From positions 42,689,043 to 42,753,042 of the forward strand of contig NC_068991.1 of assembly GCF_001194135.2 (NCBI RefSeq): a stretch of DNA of 64,000 nucleotides, read 5' to 3'. The translations under genes and the position numbers were made by a program. Every line of letters begins with the position of its first letter. Position 1 is the first letter of the stretch. Under the pieces are notes generated by a model. That model had not been told where the DNA came from. It made no database searches and worked only from the letters and a program-made list of their open reading frames with translations. Shown piece after piece: positions 24,984 through 38,500 of this stretch. The DNA comes from Octopus bimaculoides. Its lineage: Eukaryota.

Positions 24984-27559
24984 TGCACGCACACACACAT
25001 GCACACACACACACACACACAGACACACACACACACACTTTTTCTCTAGTCAGAGCAGATACACAAACCATTGTTCACAGTGAATTATTTTCTGATATTT
25101 CCTTTGTTTTAAACATTTGTGTGTGTATGCGTGCATGCGTGTGTGTGTGTGTGTGCATGTGTGTGTGTTTGTGCACACATGTATGTGTGTGTGTACGCAT
25201 GTGTGTGTTTATGCACACATGTATGTGTGTGTGTGGTTTATAAAATTACAAGTTGACATAGGGGAGGTGGAGCAGAAGATATATTAGACAGAAGATGTAT
25301 TAAACTCAGCGAACCACAATATTTGGTTTTGTCAGTATACTTTCCGAGTTAAAATCCCATTAGAATAGAACTGATTTTTATCTTCATCTCTAAGAGATCA
25401 ATAAAATAAATAACAGTAATATTCTAAGACTTAGCCAAGTATCCTTTCCCTTTCAAAAGTTTCTCTTGTAACCTCATCAACAGAAACTGTTGGACCGTTA
25501 GCTACTTTCAGCTGCACTCATGGGACTATATGTACAGTGAAAGCCCATCTTTGACTCTGTTAAGAAAACTACATGAAACATATGCCTGGATTGCTCCCAC
25601 AGCTGTTGAGGCATGTCTTGATCTGCATGGTCATGGTTCAAATCAATGCTTATAATATGCACCAGTTCTGTTACAAACTATGAGAGCCTGATAGAACATG
25701 TTTATATTTCAAACTATGGGAGCCTGGTAGAGCATATGTATTTATCTCTATGACTTCCTGTTGCTAGATGGGTATCCAAAGATTTGACATTCCATTTCTA
25801 TGCTTCAGGTTATCTCTGACTTTAAAATGGAGCAGAGACCAATCAGCTAAATGTAGGTCATTGATATTTTATCCAGATATGTTCTAAACTCACCCACACA
25901 CACTCCACATTTTAGCTGTGGCCATGGTGGCTTTTGAATCAACTTGGTATTTAAAATAATTATATACACTGCAAAATAAAAGTTTAAACATCCAACCAGC
26001 ATGTACACTGTGAAATACTGTTGGGAAATATCAATAAGGCATCGGACAAATGTCCCAACCTAACTTTAAACAAAAGCACTATTCTTTGGACTAAATTCAA
26101 AACAGAATGTCAATTTTTTTAATTGAGAAAATGAAATAATTGAAATCAGGTCAAAACTAAATTGATTAAAAAAAAAACAAAACAGAAAGTAAAAAAAGAC
26201 AGAACAAAAACAAAGGCAAAAAAAAAAAATTTAAATAGAAGACATTTTACAAATTCATTATCATGTTTAAGAACCTGATGCTTTAAGAATTTATCATTTG
26301 ACAATTTCAAATACCAAGCATTAAATACAGAGTGAATAACTGAAATACTGCATTTCTCACGTTTAATGTTTTGGTCGTCTTTGACCCAACTAATGCTTGC
26401 ATTGACATTTGTGAGTGAGCTAGGAACTGTGTATTCTTGCTTTTGTGTCACTTTATTTCACAGTGGTTTGACCTCATTTGAGTGGAAATGACATAACAAA
26501 GGCTATTTAACAGTGAGGGGCAAGTGTAAGCTATTTAAGAGATAAATGTGAGTGGTGACTGTCTCTTTACTTCTCTCTTCAGTCATTACAGGAAGCTAAC
26601 TTTGGTGTTAAAAAGATACACATTAGATAAAACACAGTTAACATCACACAAGGGAGAAGTTATTGTTGTACGTGATCAGTGAGGAAGGAAACAAAACAAA
26701 AAATAAAAGTCGAAATATTCCCATTTATACAAAAAAAAAATTAAAAACACAAAAGAAGAAACAACCCAGATTGGCTGTTTTATTTTATTTTACTGATTCA
26801 TGAACAATATATATCAGGAGACTTAGTTTTATATTGTTTTTATTCTTTCTATTTTTCTATTTTATTCTGAATTATTACTTCCCATTTTTCTCTCAATCAA
26901 ACATAAATTTCAAAGTAAATTTAAATTTTTATTTTTTTATATATAGATTTATAATCTATAGAGTAACAAAAAACAAAATTAGAGAAAAAATAGTTGATAA
27001 AACAATGAAATAAATGTAATTTTATCAAAATATGATTAACATATAAATCTAAACAAAACAAAAAAAGAAAGTTTGATGTGCAGCAACTCAACAGATAGAA
27101 AAATATTTTTATCAGCTTTATCTCAGGTTGGTGATCTGAGTTGACACTATGATTTATTTGCAAATGGTTTGATTAAGAAAGAGGAAACCAGTGGAACTCA
27201 AATGTAAATATTCTACACTCCTAATATGGCATCCTGCAATTGACCAAGATAACAAAATCTTAACACATCAGCTGTAGGGTCAATGATTCAAGAGTCAACA
27301 GGTTACATTTCATCACCGGTATATTAAGTCATAATCGTCACTTCTATGTTCACTTTTCCATACTTATGTGGCACAGACAGAATTTATTGAGGTAGATTTT
27401 CGATGGATGGATGATTTTCCTGTCACCAACCATCACAATGTTTTCAAGCAAAATAATATTTCCTCATGACAAGACATATTTTCCATTGAAGAGTGGAAAT
27501 TTATAAAATTTGTATGATGATCATACTTGTTTGCAACAATCACATATCAAGACAAGGTA

Positions 27560-27850
27560 ACATGCACACACCTACTCTGTCTGTCTGTCTTTTTCTTTCC
27601 CTCTCTCACACCTCTCTCTCTCCCTCACACACGCATGTATGTACGCACACACAAACTCACACACACATACACACATACTACACACATTCTATTTTTTAGC
27701 TTCTGTCTACCAAATCTACTTACAAGGCTTCGGTGAGCTTGGAGCAATAGAAGACACTTACCTAAAATGCCACACTGTCGAACTGAACCTGGAACCACAT
27801 AGTTGGAAAGTACACACCTTAACCACAAAGCCATGCTTGTACCTATAGCC
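27560..27850 (-). mobile_element. SINE family B/G head region
   Basis: tctaccaaatctacttacaaggcttcggt...gaactgaacctggaaccatagttgg...accacaaagccatgc. Confidence 0.7.
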
Positions 27851-28449
27851 ATGCTTGGGCATTAATAATGAAACAATTTAGATCTATCTGACTCAGGGAC
27901 ATAAAACTATGTAACTGCATGTATTATGTCTATAATTATCACAGTCTATGCATGTATTAACACCAGATTTACTACATTTCACCCATTGAGAAATATATTT
28001 CCCAAAAATTAAGTCCAGTTGCTGAACTTTGTTCATCTAACTGAATATGAAATGAAGATATATGAGAGAAACAATTCAGTACAGTAAACAATAGTTGGTT
28101 AAACCTTCATATATTCACTTTCATTGCTGGATGTTATATTTCTTCCTCTTGAATTCAATAGAGCCAATCCTTCACTGCTAGAGACTAGGAAAAGTTGAGC
28201 AATGGCCTCTATTTCTCATACGTATGAAATAAATATGCCATTGAACAAAATTCCAATGTTGACTAATAATACCAAAAGAAATAGAAGTGGGTGGAAAGGC
28301 CACAAATTCATACGGGTTGGGTATGGTTGACTTTATATTAATACTCATTATAACAGTTGGACTTATTTGTATTTGAATTTGTAAACATCTAAAGTTCATT
28401 CACAGGCTTGTTGTTTGTTGATGAGGTTCTCCTTTTTAATCTTTCATTT

Positions 28450-28685
28450 TACTTTCTTTTTACTTGTTTCAGTCATTTGACTGTGGCCATGCTGGAGCAC
28501 CGCCTTTAGTTGAGCAAATCGACACCAGGACTTATTCTTTGTAAGCCTAGTACTTATTCTATCAATCACTTTTGCCGAACCACTAAGTTACGGGAACGTA
28601 AACAAACACCAGCATCGGTTGTCAAGTGATGTTGGGGAGACAAACACAGACACACAAACATATACACACACAAACATACACACAC

Positions 28686-28736
<51 letters not shown>

Positions 28737-28900
28737 CATATATACAATGGGCTTCTTTCAGTTTCCGTCTACCAAATCCACTCACAAGGCTTTGGTCGGC
28801 CCGAGGCTATAGTAGAAGACACTTGCCCAAGGTGCCACGTAGTGGGACTGAACCCGGAACCATGTGGTTTGTGAGCAAGCTACTTACCACACAGCCACGT
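28450..28900 (-). mobile_element. SINE family B, near-consensus full-length copy
   Basis: cttgtttcagtcatttgactgtggccatgctggagcaccgcc...(CA)n...gtgggactgaacccggaaccatgtgg...accacacagcc. Confidence 0.88.
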
Positions 28901-29579
28901 GCAATTTTTTTCTTTAATTTTGTTTTACTGTTATTGTTTTTCATTGGAACACAAGAAGAAGAAATTCTAGAAGCTCCTGTGCAACAGCTGCATCACCATA
29001 TAATGGAAAAGTTCTCAGGAAAGTGAAGTACTTCCATACCATTTTTATTAGTTACAAAGATTATATAACAATACATAAACATATTCAACACATTAATTAC
29101 AGACAAACCCAAAACTCATTAAAAATGAATGAATCTAACATAAAATATATTACAAGAATCAAATGTACCCCAGGTATAGAATAGCAGAACCTCTTCCTCC
29201 TCCTCCTTTTGTTTTACATCTATTTTTTCCTATACTAGAATGGGTTGGATAAATATATTACTGAGGCAATATTTGACAGTCAGTTACCCTCCTTGTCACA
29301 AACCCTTCCCTTTTTCTCAGTTTTGGGTTATCTAATTTCACAGATCTTTGAAGATTACCATTTGACAGGGGAAATGACAGAAATGTCACTGCAATAGGTG
29401 AGCAATTTTTCGGAGAAATGCAAATATAAACAAACACATAAACACACACATATGCACTTTCTTTCTCTCTCTCTCTCTCTCTCTCTCACACATACACACA
29501 CAAATGCACACATGCATGCGTGCACACACGCACTCACGCACACACACACACACACACATACACACACAAAATATATAGC

Positions 29580-30050
29580 TGTGCAGGCATAGTTGTGAAG
29601 TGTAGGCTTAGCTCTGTGGTAAGAAGTTTGCTTCCCAACCACATAGTTTCAGGTTCAGTTCCACTGTGAGGCACCTTGGGCATTTGTCTTCTACTACAGC
29701 CCTAGGTCAGCCAAAACTTTTGTAAGTGAATTTGGTATGTGTGTGTGTGTGTGTGTGTGCATGTGTTACTGTGTCCTTGTCATGAGTGGGTGAGATAGTT
29801 GGAAACAAGTGTCACCATCATACAAGTAATGTCCTTCATTTCTAATCTTCTGTGAAAACATGTTTGGTCATGGAGAAATATTATCTCACATTGAAACAGG
29901 TGAGTGTTCATGACAGGAAGAGCATCCAGCCATAGAAAATCTGCCTCAACAAATTCTGTCTGATCCATGCAAGTGGATGTTAAAAACAATGATGATGATG
30001 AGGATTATGATGATGATGATGATGAGATAATGATGATGACGATGATGATG
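29580..30050 (+). mobile_element. SINE family G (B-type head, RTE-like tail)
   Basis: B-type head followed by tgacaggaagagcatccagccatagaaaatctgcc...gttaaaaacaatgatgatg. Confidence 0.72.
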
Positions 30051-30719
30051 GTGATATGTTTTTTTTCATTATTTTATTACTTATTTTTTAGGAATTATTT
30101 CTCTTACTTTGATTTAAATGGTTTGATCTTTTACATATTTCCATGCATATTTTTTTCCACATCCGTACAAGTTTTGAAATTGAATTTTATGTTTTATTTT
30201 GCTCATGATTTTTTTCAGTGTATGTGTGTATGTGTGCTTTGTTTTTTTTTTGTTCTTTTTTTATTTATTTTCTTTCTACCTTCCATCAATAATACCTTTA
30301 CTTCTCTCTCTATCTAATATCTCAATCTACTACACGCTTTCTAATTGTGTCCACCTTCCCCATAAACTGTGTTTGTCTAACCATAGTTGATAAAAATTGT
30401 CAATTGTAGCCATTAACATCTTTTAACTTAGTTCCCATCTCCTCTTCTTTCCCTTTCTTTTTCTTTTTCTTCACTCTTTCCTTTTGTCTTTCTCTTTCTT
30501 CTTCTTTTATCTCTGCTTGCAATTACCCCTTCATTGTAGTAAGCATATTTATTTACTTAACAATTTAGTTTTGAATTTATTGTTTACTTGTTTTTCATTA
30601 TATTCATTTGCACTTGTCTTAATTTTTAATTTTAATTTTTATCTTTTCTGAAACATTTTTCTTAAACTCTTCATTTCCAAGAGGGCTTTTATCTTTTGCT
30701 ATAATTATTATACCTATTT

Positions 30720-31125
30720 GGAGGAGTGGCTGTGTGGTAAGTAGCTTGCTTACCAACCACATGGTTCTGGGTCCAGTCCCACTGTGTGGCACCTTGGGCA
30801 AGTGTCTTCTACTATAGCCACGTGCCGACCAAAGCCTTGTGAGTGGATTTGGTAGATGGAAACTGAAAGAAGTCCGTCGTATATATGTATATATATATAT
30901 ATATATGTGTATGTGTGTTTGTGTTTGTCACCCCACCATCACTTGACAACCGATGCTGGTGTGTTTACGTCCCTGTAATTTAGCGGTTCGGCAAAAAGAG
31001 ACCGATAGAATAAGTACTAGGCTTACAAAGAATAAGTCCTGGGGTCAATTTGCTCGACTAAAGGCGGTGCTCCAGCATGGCTACAGTCAAATGACTGAAA
31101 CAAGTAAAAGAATAAAAGAATAAAA
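30720..31125 (+). mobile_element. SINE family B, near-consensus copy
   Basis: ggagtggctgtgtggtaagtagcttgc...cgactaaaggcggtgctccagcatgg...gaaacaagtaaaagaataaaag. Confidence 0.88.
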
Positions 31126-31129
31126 GAAT

Positions 31130-31620
31130 TTCCCTGCATATATTCACATAGGCAAACTTCTGTTCTGCTTCTTCCTTGGCTAGATATACATGCCTCCTAG
31201 TTTCCCTTCTTGCTATCTGATACAGTTCCCTGCAGTTCCTGGTCAGTTTATTTGCTCTATTGGCCCTGTCTACAGTATTGTTCCCCCACCTAGGTCTGGA
31301 AGGGACTTTGCACCAGCCACAGATTTGGTCTGTGGCACTCAGCAAACTGTCTCGCAAGAATTCCCAGTTGTCCTCTATGTCACAAGTTTGTCACTCCTCC
31401 CTCTCATCAAATTTCTCCATTAGGATATCCTTAAATCTCTGCCGATATGAAGGGTCCTTAAGCTTCCAAATCCTTCTTTTCCAGCTTGGTCTGCTTCTTG
31501 GCATCCTGCTGGTCTGAAATCTAAAGTTGCTACTGACTAGTCTATGCTGGGGAGTACATTTTTCACCAGAGAGGGTCTTTGTATTTAAGAGTAACCATGC
31601 ATTCCGCTGTCTGGTGAGAA
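31130..31620 (-). mobile_element. RTE LINE endonuclease-to-RT linker fragment
   Basis: GEKCTPQHRLV..RIWKLKDPSYRQRFKDIL...LRDSLLSATDQICGWCK. Confidence 0.85.
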
Positions 31621-32399
31621 ATAAATAAATGTATGTATGTATGTATGTATGTATGTATGTATATNNNNNNNNNNNNNNNNNNNNNNNNNNNNNNNNNNNN
31701 NNNNNNNNNNNNNNNNNNNNNNNNNNNNNNNNNNNNNNNNNNNNNNNNNNNNNNNNNNNNNNNNNNNNNNNNNNNNNNNNNNNNNNNNNNNNNNNNNNNN
31801 NNNNNNNNNNNNNNNNNNNNNNNNNNNNNNNNNNNNNNNNNNNNNNNNNNNNNNNNNNNNNNNNNNNNNNNNNNNNNNNNNNNNNNNNNNNNNNNNNNNN
31901 NNNNNNNNNNNNNNNNNNNNNNNNNNNNNNNNNNNNNNNNNNNNNNNNNNNNNNNNNNNNNNNNNNNNNNNNNNNNNNNNNNNNNNNNNNNNNNNNNNNN
32001 NNNNNNNNNNNNNNNNNNNNNNNNNNNNNNNNNNNNNNNNNNNNNNNNNNNNNNNNNNNNNNNNNNNNNNNNNNNNNNNNNNNNNNNNNNNNNNNNNNNN
32101 NNNNNNNNNNNNNNNNNNNNNNNNNNNNNNNNNNNNNNNNNNNNNNNNNNNNNNNNNNNNNNNNNNNNNNNNNNNNNNNNNNNNNNNNNNNNNNNNNNNN
32201 NNNNNNNNNNNNNNNNNNNNNNNNNNNNNNNNNNNNNNNNNNNNNNNNNNNNNNNNNNNNNNNNNNNNNNNNNNNNNNNNNNNNNNNNNNNNNNNNNNNN
32301 NNNNNNNNNNNNNNNNNNNNNNNNNNNNNNNNNNNNNNNNNNNNNNNNNNNNNNNNNNNNNNNNNNNNNNNNNNNNNNNNNNNACATATATATATATGT

Positions 32400-32660
32400 A
32401 TACATACATATACATATATAGTCAATTCAATGAACAAACAATTCAAAAGACAAATGAAAAATGAAAAAAGAAAAGAGTGAATGTGAGAATGTGCACAAAA
32501 ATGATATTAGTTTGATGCTTAGTAAAAGGAGAGAGTTTTTAACATTTCCAGCATGGCTCTTCATCAGAAGGGAGAAGGAAAATTGTCAACGGCCCGGGTG
32601 TGGGTACATTTCTGAACTGATTGGAAGTGAAAGGAGATAATGTGGATTTTGGGAACAGGA
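32400..32660 (-). mobile_element. Putative PLE terminal-repeat-like sequence carrying a hammerhead-like motif; truncated sister copy at 42445-42590
   Basis: The reverse complement contains CCCTT-CTGATGA-A-GAGC(CAT)GCTG-GAAA-TGTT-AAAAAC at 32534-32572. The downstream ~130 nt match 42445-42590. Confidence 0.55.
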
Positions 32661-32811
32661 GAGTTTGAAGGTGGTCAGTATGTGTGTGTGTGTGGTAGGA
32701 TCTGTGTACATGTGTGTTAGTGATTGTGTTTATGTGGCTGTTGTGAAAGGTGTGTGAATGGGTGGGAGTGACTGTATGTGTGTGTGCATGTGTGTATGTG
32801 GTAGCATGTGT

Positions 32812-32850
<39 letters not shown>

Positions 32851-33439
32851 TGTGGTAGGTTCTGAGTGCATGTGTGTTAGTGTTTGTGTTTATGGGGCAT
32901 TTGTGAAAGGTGTGTGAATGGGTGGGGTGTGGCTGTGTGTGTGTGCGTGTGTGTTGGTATGTGTGCGTAGATGTATTGGGAAAGTGTGTGTGTGTGTGTA
33001 CATGCATATGGGTGTGTGTGTGTCTCTCTCTCTGTATCACTCTCTCTCTCCCTCTCTCTCTCTCTATATATATATATATACATATGTATATATATGTGTG
33101 TGTGTGGAGTGTTGCATGTGTGGAGTGTTGCATGTGTGGAAGTATATGTGCACTATACAGCCTGGTGATGCAAACAGGAAAAATAAATAGAACTCAAAAC
33201 ATGTGCATATATATTCTTTTACATGTTTCAGTCATTTGACTGTGGCCATGCTGGAGCACCATTAATATTTAACTGCAACAGAGTGACTCAAGGGCTGAAA
33301 GTTTCATACACATACACATACACACACTCACACACATGTACACAGACACACACATACATATATATAGTAGGTGGTTGGTGTTAGAAAGGGCATTCAGCCA
33401 TAGATAGATAGACAAACAAACAGACAGACAGATATTTAC

Positions 33440-33653
33440 ATATGTATATCATCATCATTATCATTGCTTGCATGGGCCAGAAACAATTTGTTGAGATAGA
33501 TTTTTTACGGCTGGATGCCTTTCCTGTTACCAATTTTCACCAGTTTCCAAGCTAGATAATATTTCTCAGTGGTCCAGAAGACTGGAAAAGAAAAAGCTTT
33601 GTTTTCTTGAGTATAACTGTCTTGTGATGTCAAAACAAGGAGACCTATACACA

Positions 33654-33690
<37 letters not shown>

Positions 33691-33850
33691 CCATATACAA
33701 TGGACTTCTTTCAATTTGCATGTGCCTAATCCACAGACAAGGATTTGGTCCGATTGTGGTTATAGAAGGCACTTGTTCAAGGTGACATACAGTGAGAGTT
33801 AGCTTGAAACCATGTAGTTGAAAAGCAAACTACTTAATCAAACAAACATA
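33440..33850 (-). mobile_element. SINE family G copy
   Basis: (ATC)n-side tail tacggctggatgcctttcctgttaccaa; B-like body taatccacagacaaggatttggtc. Confidence 0.65.
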
Positions 33851-34102
33851 TCTGTGCATATATATGCAACACTTGAAGTTTTGTATTGTTTGTTAAATAA
33901 CCTACAAAAACATTTTTTTTAATGCAGTTACTTCAGGTCATTATATAATAATATCATTTGAAATATTCAATCAAGTAAAAAAAAAAATGCAAATTGTAAA
34001 GCATTTAAATATGCTTTACAACTATGGTTAACAAAAAAGTATTCATTCAGACTTTTCCTATTTGAAATTTGAAATTAAATTCCAGCCTTAATCCCTGATA
34101 AT

Positions 34103-34691
34103 CTATATATATATATAAAACAGAGAATGTGTGTGTGTGAGTGTCTCTGTCTATCTGTCTGTCTGTATGTATGAATCCCTAAAACTCGAGAAGTACCCTA
34201 CCGATTTCATTCAAATTTTACACATGCATTACTTAGGCTCCATGGAGTGTCATAGGCCAAAAAAATTTTCAACTTCTTGCCTAATGTGGGCCCAGAGCAA
34301 TCTTTTACACTGGTTTGGTATTATGTGTCAAAAGTAAAAAAATAAGATCTATATTGTAATGTGATATAATATTGTTTCACTTTTATTCTTTCACTATTAA
34401 TTCTAATGTGATAACACTAAGATCATCTTATTTCTATTATATTTGAAATAAAGGAATAATTTATACCCTAATGTGAACAACATCAGCAACTTTCCATCTT
34501 TATGGTCACGACAACAGAATGGTATGTCAGTATATGTGTGTTGACAGACATAACGAACAGCTGGAGGTAAAACTCTTGACAAAAAACAATGAGGTGGCAG
34601 GTCTAAGGTATATAAAAATACGCATTTATCGTTCAATTAGCAGTTAATAATTATTGCAACAGTTGCAAGGTATTTACAGTTACATATTAAC
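34103..34691 (+). mobile_element. Possible non-autonomous Helitron/Helentron-like element (the far end is lost in the gap)
   Basis: Begins atctatatatatataaaa, then a (TGTC)/(TG) microsatellite and ccgatttcattcaaatttt. This architecture resembles HINE/DINE-type elements; no coding evidence. Confidence 0.35.
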
Positions 34692-35670
34692 NNNNNNNNN
34701 NNNNNNNNNNNNNNNNNNNNNNNNNNNNNNNNNNNNNNNNNNNNNNNNNNNNNNNNNNNNNNNNNNNNNNNNNNNNNNNNNNNNNNNNNNNNNNNNNNNN
34801 NNNNNNNNNNNNNNNNNNNNNNNNNNNNNNNNNNNNNNNNNNNNNNNNNNNNNNNNNNNNNNNNNNNNNNNNNNNNNNNNNNNNNNNNNNNNNNNNNNNN
34901 NNNNNNNNNNNNNNNNNNNNNNNNNNNNNNNNNNNNNNNNNNNNNNNNNNNNNNNNNNNNNNNNNNNNNNNNNNNNNNNNNNNNNNNNNNNNNNNNNNNN
35001 NNNNNNNNNNNNNNNNNNNNNNNNNNNNNNNNNNNNNNNNNNNNNNNNNNNNNNNNNNNNNNNNNNNNNNNNNNNNNNNNNNNNNNNNNNNNNNNNNNNN
35101 NNNNNNNNNNNNNNNNNNNNNNNNNNNNNNNNNNNNNNNNNNNNNNNNNNNNNNNNNNNNNNNNNNNNNNNNNNNNNNNNNNNNNNNNNNNNNNNNNNNN
35201 NNNNNNNNNNNNNNNNNNNNNNNNNNNNNNNNNNNNNNNNNNNNNNNNNNNNNNNNNNNNNNNNNNNNNNNNNNNNNNNNNNNNNNNNNNNNNNNNNNNN
35301 NNNNNNNNNNNNNNNNNNNNNNNNNNNNNNNNNNNNNNNNNNNNNNNNNNNNNNNNNNNNNNNNNNNNNNNNNNNNNNNNNNNNNNNNNNNNNNNNNNGA
35401 TGAAAAGCACTTTCATTTTTTCTTTTTCTTTCTCTTTCTCTTTTGTGCCCCTTCCTGTCTTTTTTTTTTCTCCCTTTCTTTAAAAAACAAAATTGACATC
35501 TTCAAATGTCATTAGTTACCTGCCTCTGTTGAATTGCCTATACCACTAAGAGCTTCATAGGTGTGAAACCAATAACCACTCCCTGACCAGCCATAACAAA
35601 CAACCTTCTAAATATTATTGCTCTAAAGTTTTAAAGTGTGCTTCTTTTTGAATTTATGAACTACTGACTG

Positions 35671-35711
<41 letters not shown>

Positions 35712-36392
35712 AGAATATAAAAAATGTCAGGAGGTATGAGATGAATATATTTCTTTCACCAGTTGATATCTATGAGATTATGATTGTTTCACAGCCAACA
35801 TCATGGAAAAAGAGTTATTTTCATGTATAATATCATACACTTCGAAATATTATATGAAGATGACTATTTGTATGTTTATATTGGAGTTGATGAATGGATG
35901 TAACCATAATATTCTATGGATCTGATGAGCTAGCCTTCTATACTTGTATTAACTTGTATAATGTACTCCAGTACTATTTAATTTATATACACAAGCCCAG
36001 ACATGTAACTAGTGAAATAAACATATTCATTTCATACCTCCTGAGTTTCTTTATATTCTATTTACTCCTAATGAAATGATCATTATTGATTGGATTTACT
36101 GGATTTCAACTGCATAGGACTATATATTACACACTTATGTATTAGTCAAATGTAATACTTATTTGTTCACTTTCTTTTGTATTGATTATACACTATCTCG
36201 TAGCGTCAAGATTTTGATGATGTGACTGCTTATTTTTAAAATGATATTGTAGGGTAAGATATCAGAAGCAAAATCAGACCAGTTTGAACATAAAACAGAT
36301 AGACTATTTTGTCCGGATATGGCTGGTTTAAATGCTTTAGGGTTAAAGTATGAGAGAAGGGACCAGAGTCAAATGGGTTTCTTGCTCTAGAG

Positions 36393-36713
36393 CACTGATT
36401 CTCAACCAGGGTCCATATGGCTCCTGTGGAGTCCATACAAGCAAAGTAGTAAATTGGGTACACACAACAGTATATTAAGGGTCCATGAAAAAGTTTTGAT
36501 TTAGATGTATTTATTGGAAAAACAGTTAGGTTTCTTTCTCTAACATATTACATAGTTCAACCTACACAAGTTAATGTAAGAAAAACAATGTAGGAATTTT
36601 GAAAGAAGTATCTATAAAACTAATTTTTGAACACCAAGAGGCTACAGGGGTCCACCACAGTAAAATAATAATAAAAGGGGTGCAGTGATAAAAAATGCTG
36701 TTGAGGGACTACA
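36393..36713. mobile_element. Possible hAT/Charlie-type MITE
   Basis: Left end cactgattctcaacc is preceded by ctctagag (fits the NTCTAGAN target consensus); degenerate right end gttgagggactac; internal ggggtcc motifs. The right TSD is not visible. Confidence 0.4.
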
Positions 36714-37034
36714 TAACTATTCACATCCTAGGAGAGGGGATGGGGTGATCTGGGTGGAGCAGGGAAGAGAGGAAAAAGCAGTGATGAGGTGTCTATGAAT
36801 TCTTGAAGCATGAGGTGAGTCGAAGTGAATGAGAGCAGAAGAATCAGTGGAAGTTGCAAGTTGTAAAGGAGAGTGAGAGGGTGGGTGGGTGAACATAATG
36901 AATTAAGAACAAGTGTGAAGTGGATAAGTAGGGGAAATAGGTAATAATTATAGAGATTGGATAGGGTTGACAGGGTGCAGATGTGGTGAAGAGCAGCAGA
37001 ACTGTAATAATGATGCAGAAGACAGGGGAAAGAT

Positions 37035-37082
<48 letters not shown>

Positions 37083-37348
37083 TGAGGAAAGAAAGAGAGA
37101 GAGAGAGATGATGATGATGACAATGATGATGTGATTGGAGAAGTTGCGAGAGTGTGGAGAAACTGGAGAGAGAAGTAGGTGAAGAGCATGAAGTGGGTGG
37201 TGAGTGATATATGGCGGTGCAGAAGGTGAGATGATTTGGTGTTAGAGATCAGGTCAATGAAGAATGTATGTGGAGAGAGCAATATTGAGGATGAGGAACG
37301 TATCTCAAATGAAATATATGCATGTACATATATATAAACACACACATG

Positions 37349-38500
37349 TATGCAATGGTATCAAAAAGTTCCAAGACTAGTCAAGTTTAATCTTTTCTAC
37401 TCTAGGCACAAGGCCCAGAATTTTAGGGGAGGGGGCCAGTCAATTAGATCGACCCCAGTATGCAACTGGTACTTAATTTATCAACCCCGAATGGATGAAA
37501 AGTAAAGTTGACCTTGGTGGAATTTGAACTCAGAATGTAAAGAGAGATAAAATACCACTAAGCATTTCTCCCGGCATGCTAACGTTTCTGCCAGCTCATT
37601 GCCATACTAGTCATGTTTAATAAAAAATAACTTATTTACATAAGTTTTAATGTCATCTCCTTCAAAATAATCATCTTGCAAAGCAATACACCAGTCCCAG
37701 CGTTCCTGCCACTTTTTGGAATTAGGTTTGGAAGTCCTTTTCCATAAATGAGTTGAGGACCTTCTGCAATTCGCTCTGGGTCTTGACAATGGTGTTAAAA
37801 CAGTAACCTTTGAGCTGCTTTTTCATCTTGGGGGAAGAGATTAAAGTCTGTAGGTGCTAAATCTGGTGAATGGGGTGAGTGCAGAAGTGATACCATGTTG
37901 TTTTTGTTGAAAAACTCATGAGTGAGGAGAGCTCGGCAACAGGGTGCATTGTCATCGTGAAGAATCCAATTTTTCCCACTCCACAGATCTGATCGCTTTT
38001 GCTGAATGTCCTACCTCAAACACTTCAAAACGTCACAGTAAAACTCTTGATTGATAGTCTGGCCCTGTGGATGAATTCTTGATAAACAATATCACATTTC
38101 TGGAGATGATGCTCATGGCAGGCCTTGTAGATCGTTCATCATCTTCCAGGGATGTTTTTCCACTTTTAAAGCACCAATGTCACTCGAAACATTGCATATG
38201 GCCCATTACCTCGTCACTGTAAGCTTTCTGAAGTATGCTCAATGTCTCTGTGGCAGACATTCTAAGTTTAACACAAAATTTCACGTTGGCTCTTTGTTCC
38301 TGTCCATGACAAAATCATTGACTACAGCATACATGTGATCACAAAAACACAAATTTCACAACTTGCGAAGTAAACACAGTGATGTCACTTCGTACACTGC
38401 CTCATGAAAGTCATTGCTAGCTTTCACTGCACACACAACCATATGCTGCCGTCTGTTGGTATACTACAGAATTAATCCAGGAACTTTTTGATACCACCTC
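37349..38500 (-). mobile_element. Mariner remnant 1 (internally deleted)
   Basis: TIRs tggtatcaaaaagttcc and ggaactttttgatacca. Translation gives EQRANVKFCVKL..AYSD, LHDDNAP, HSPDLAPTDF and KKWQERWDWCIALQDDYFEGD. Confidence 0.88.
37392..37605 (-). mobile_element. SINE family A copy inserted into mariner 1, with a 16-bp TSD
   Basis: actagtcaagtttaat (37376-37391) and actagtcatgtttaat (37606-37621). Confidence 0.88.

Noticed and set aside
26146-26451. Minus-strand ORF with a faint Ig-like look (ISWVKDD..WYLKLSN)
   Set aside because: It lacks the D.G.Y.C motif and convincing splice sites, and it runs into poly-T.
31391-32480. Long ORFs spanning N-gaps (also at 34.6, 40.3, 48.0, 50.2, 53.4, 59.8 and 61.1 kb)
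   Set aside because: Their length comes from X residues across gaps and from microsatellite flanks.
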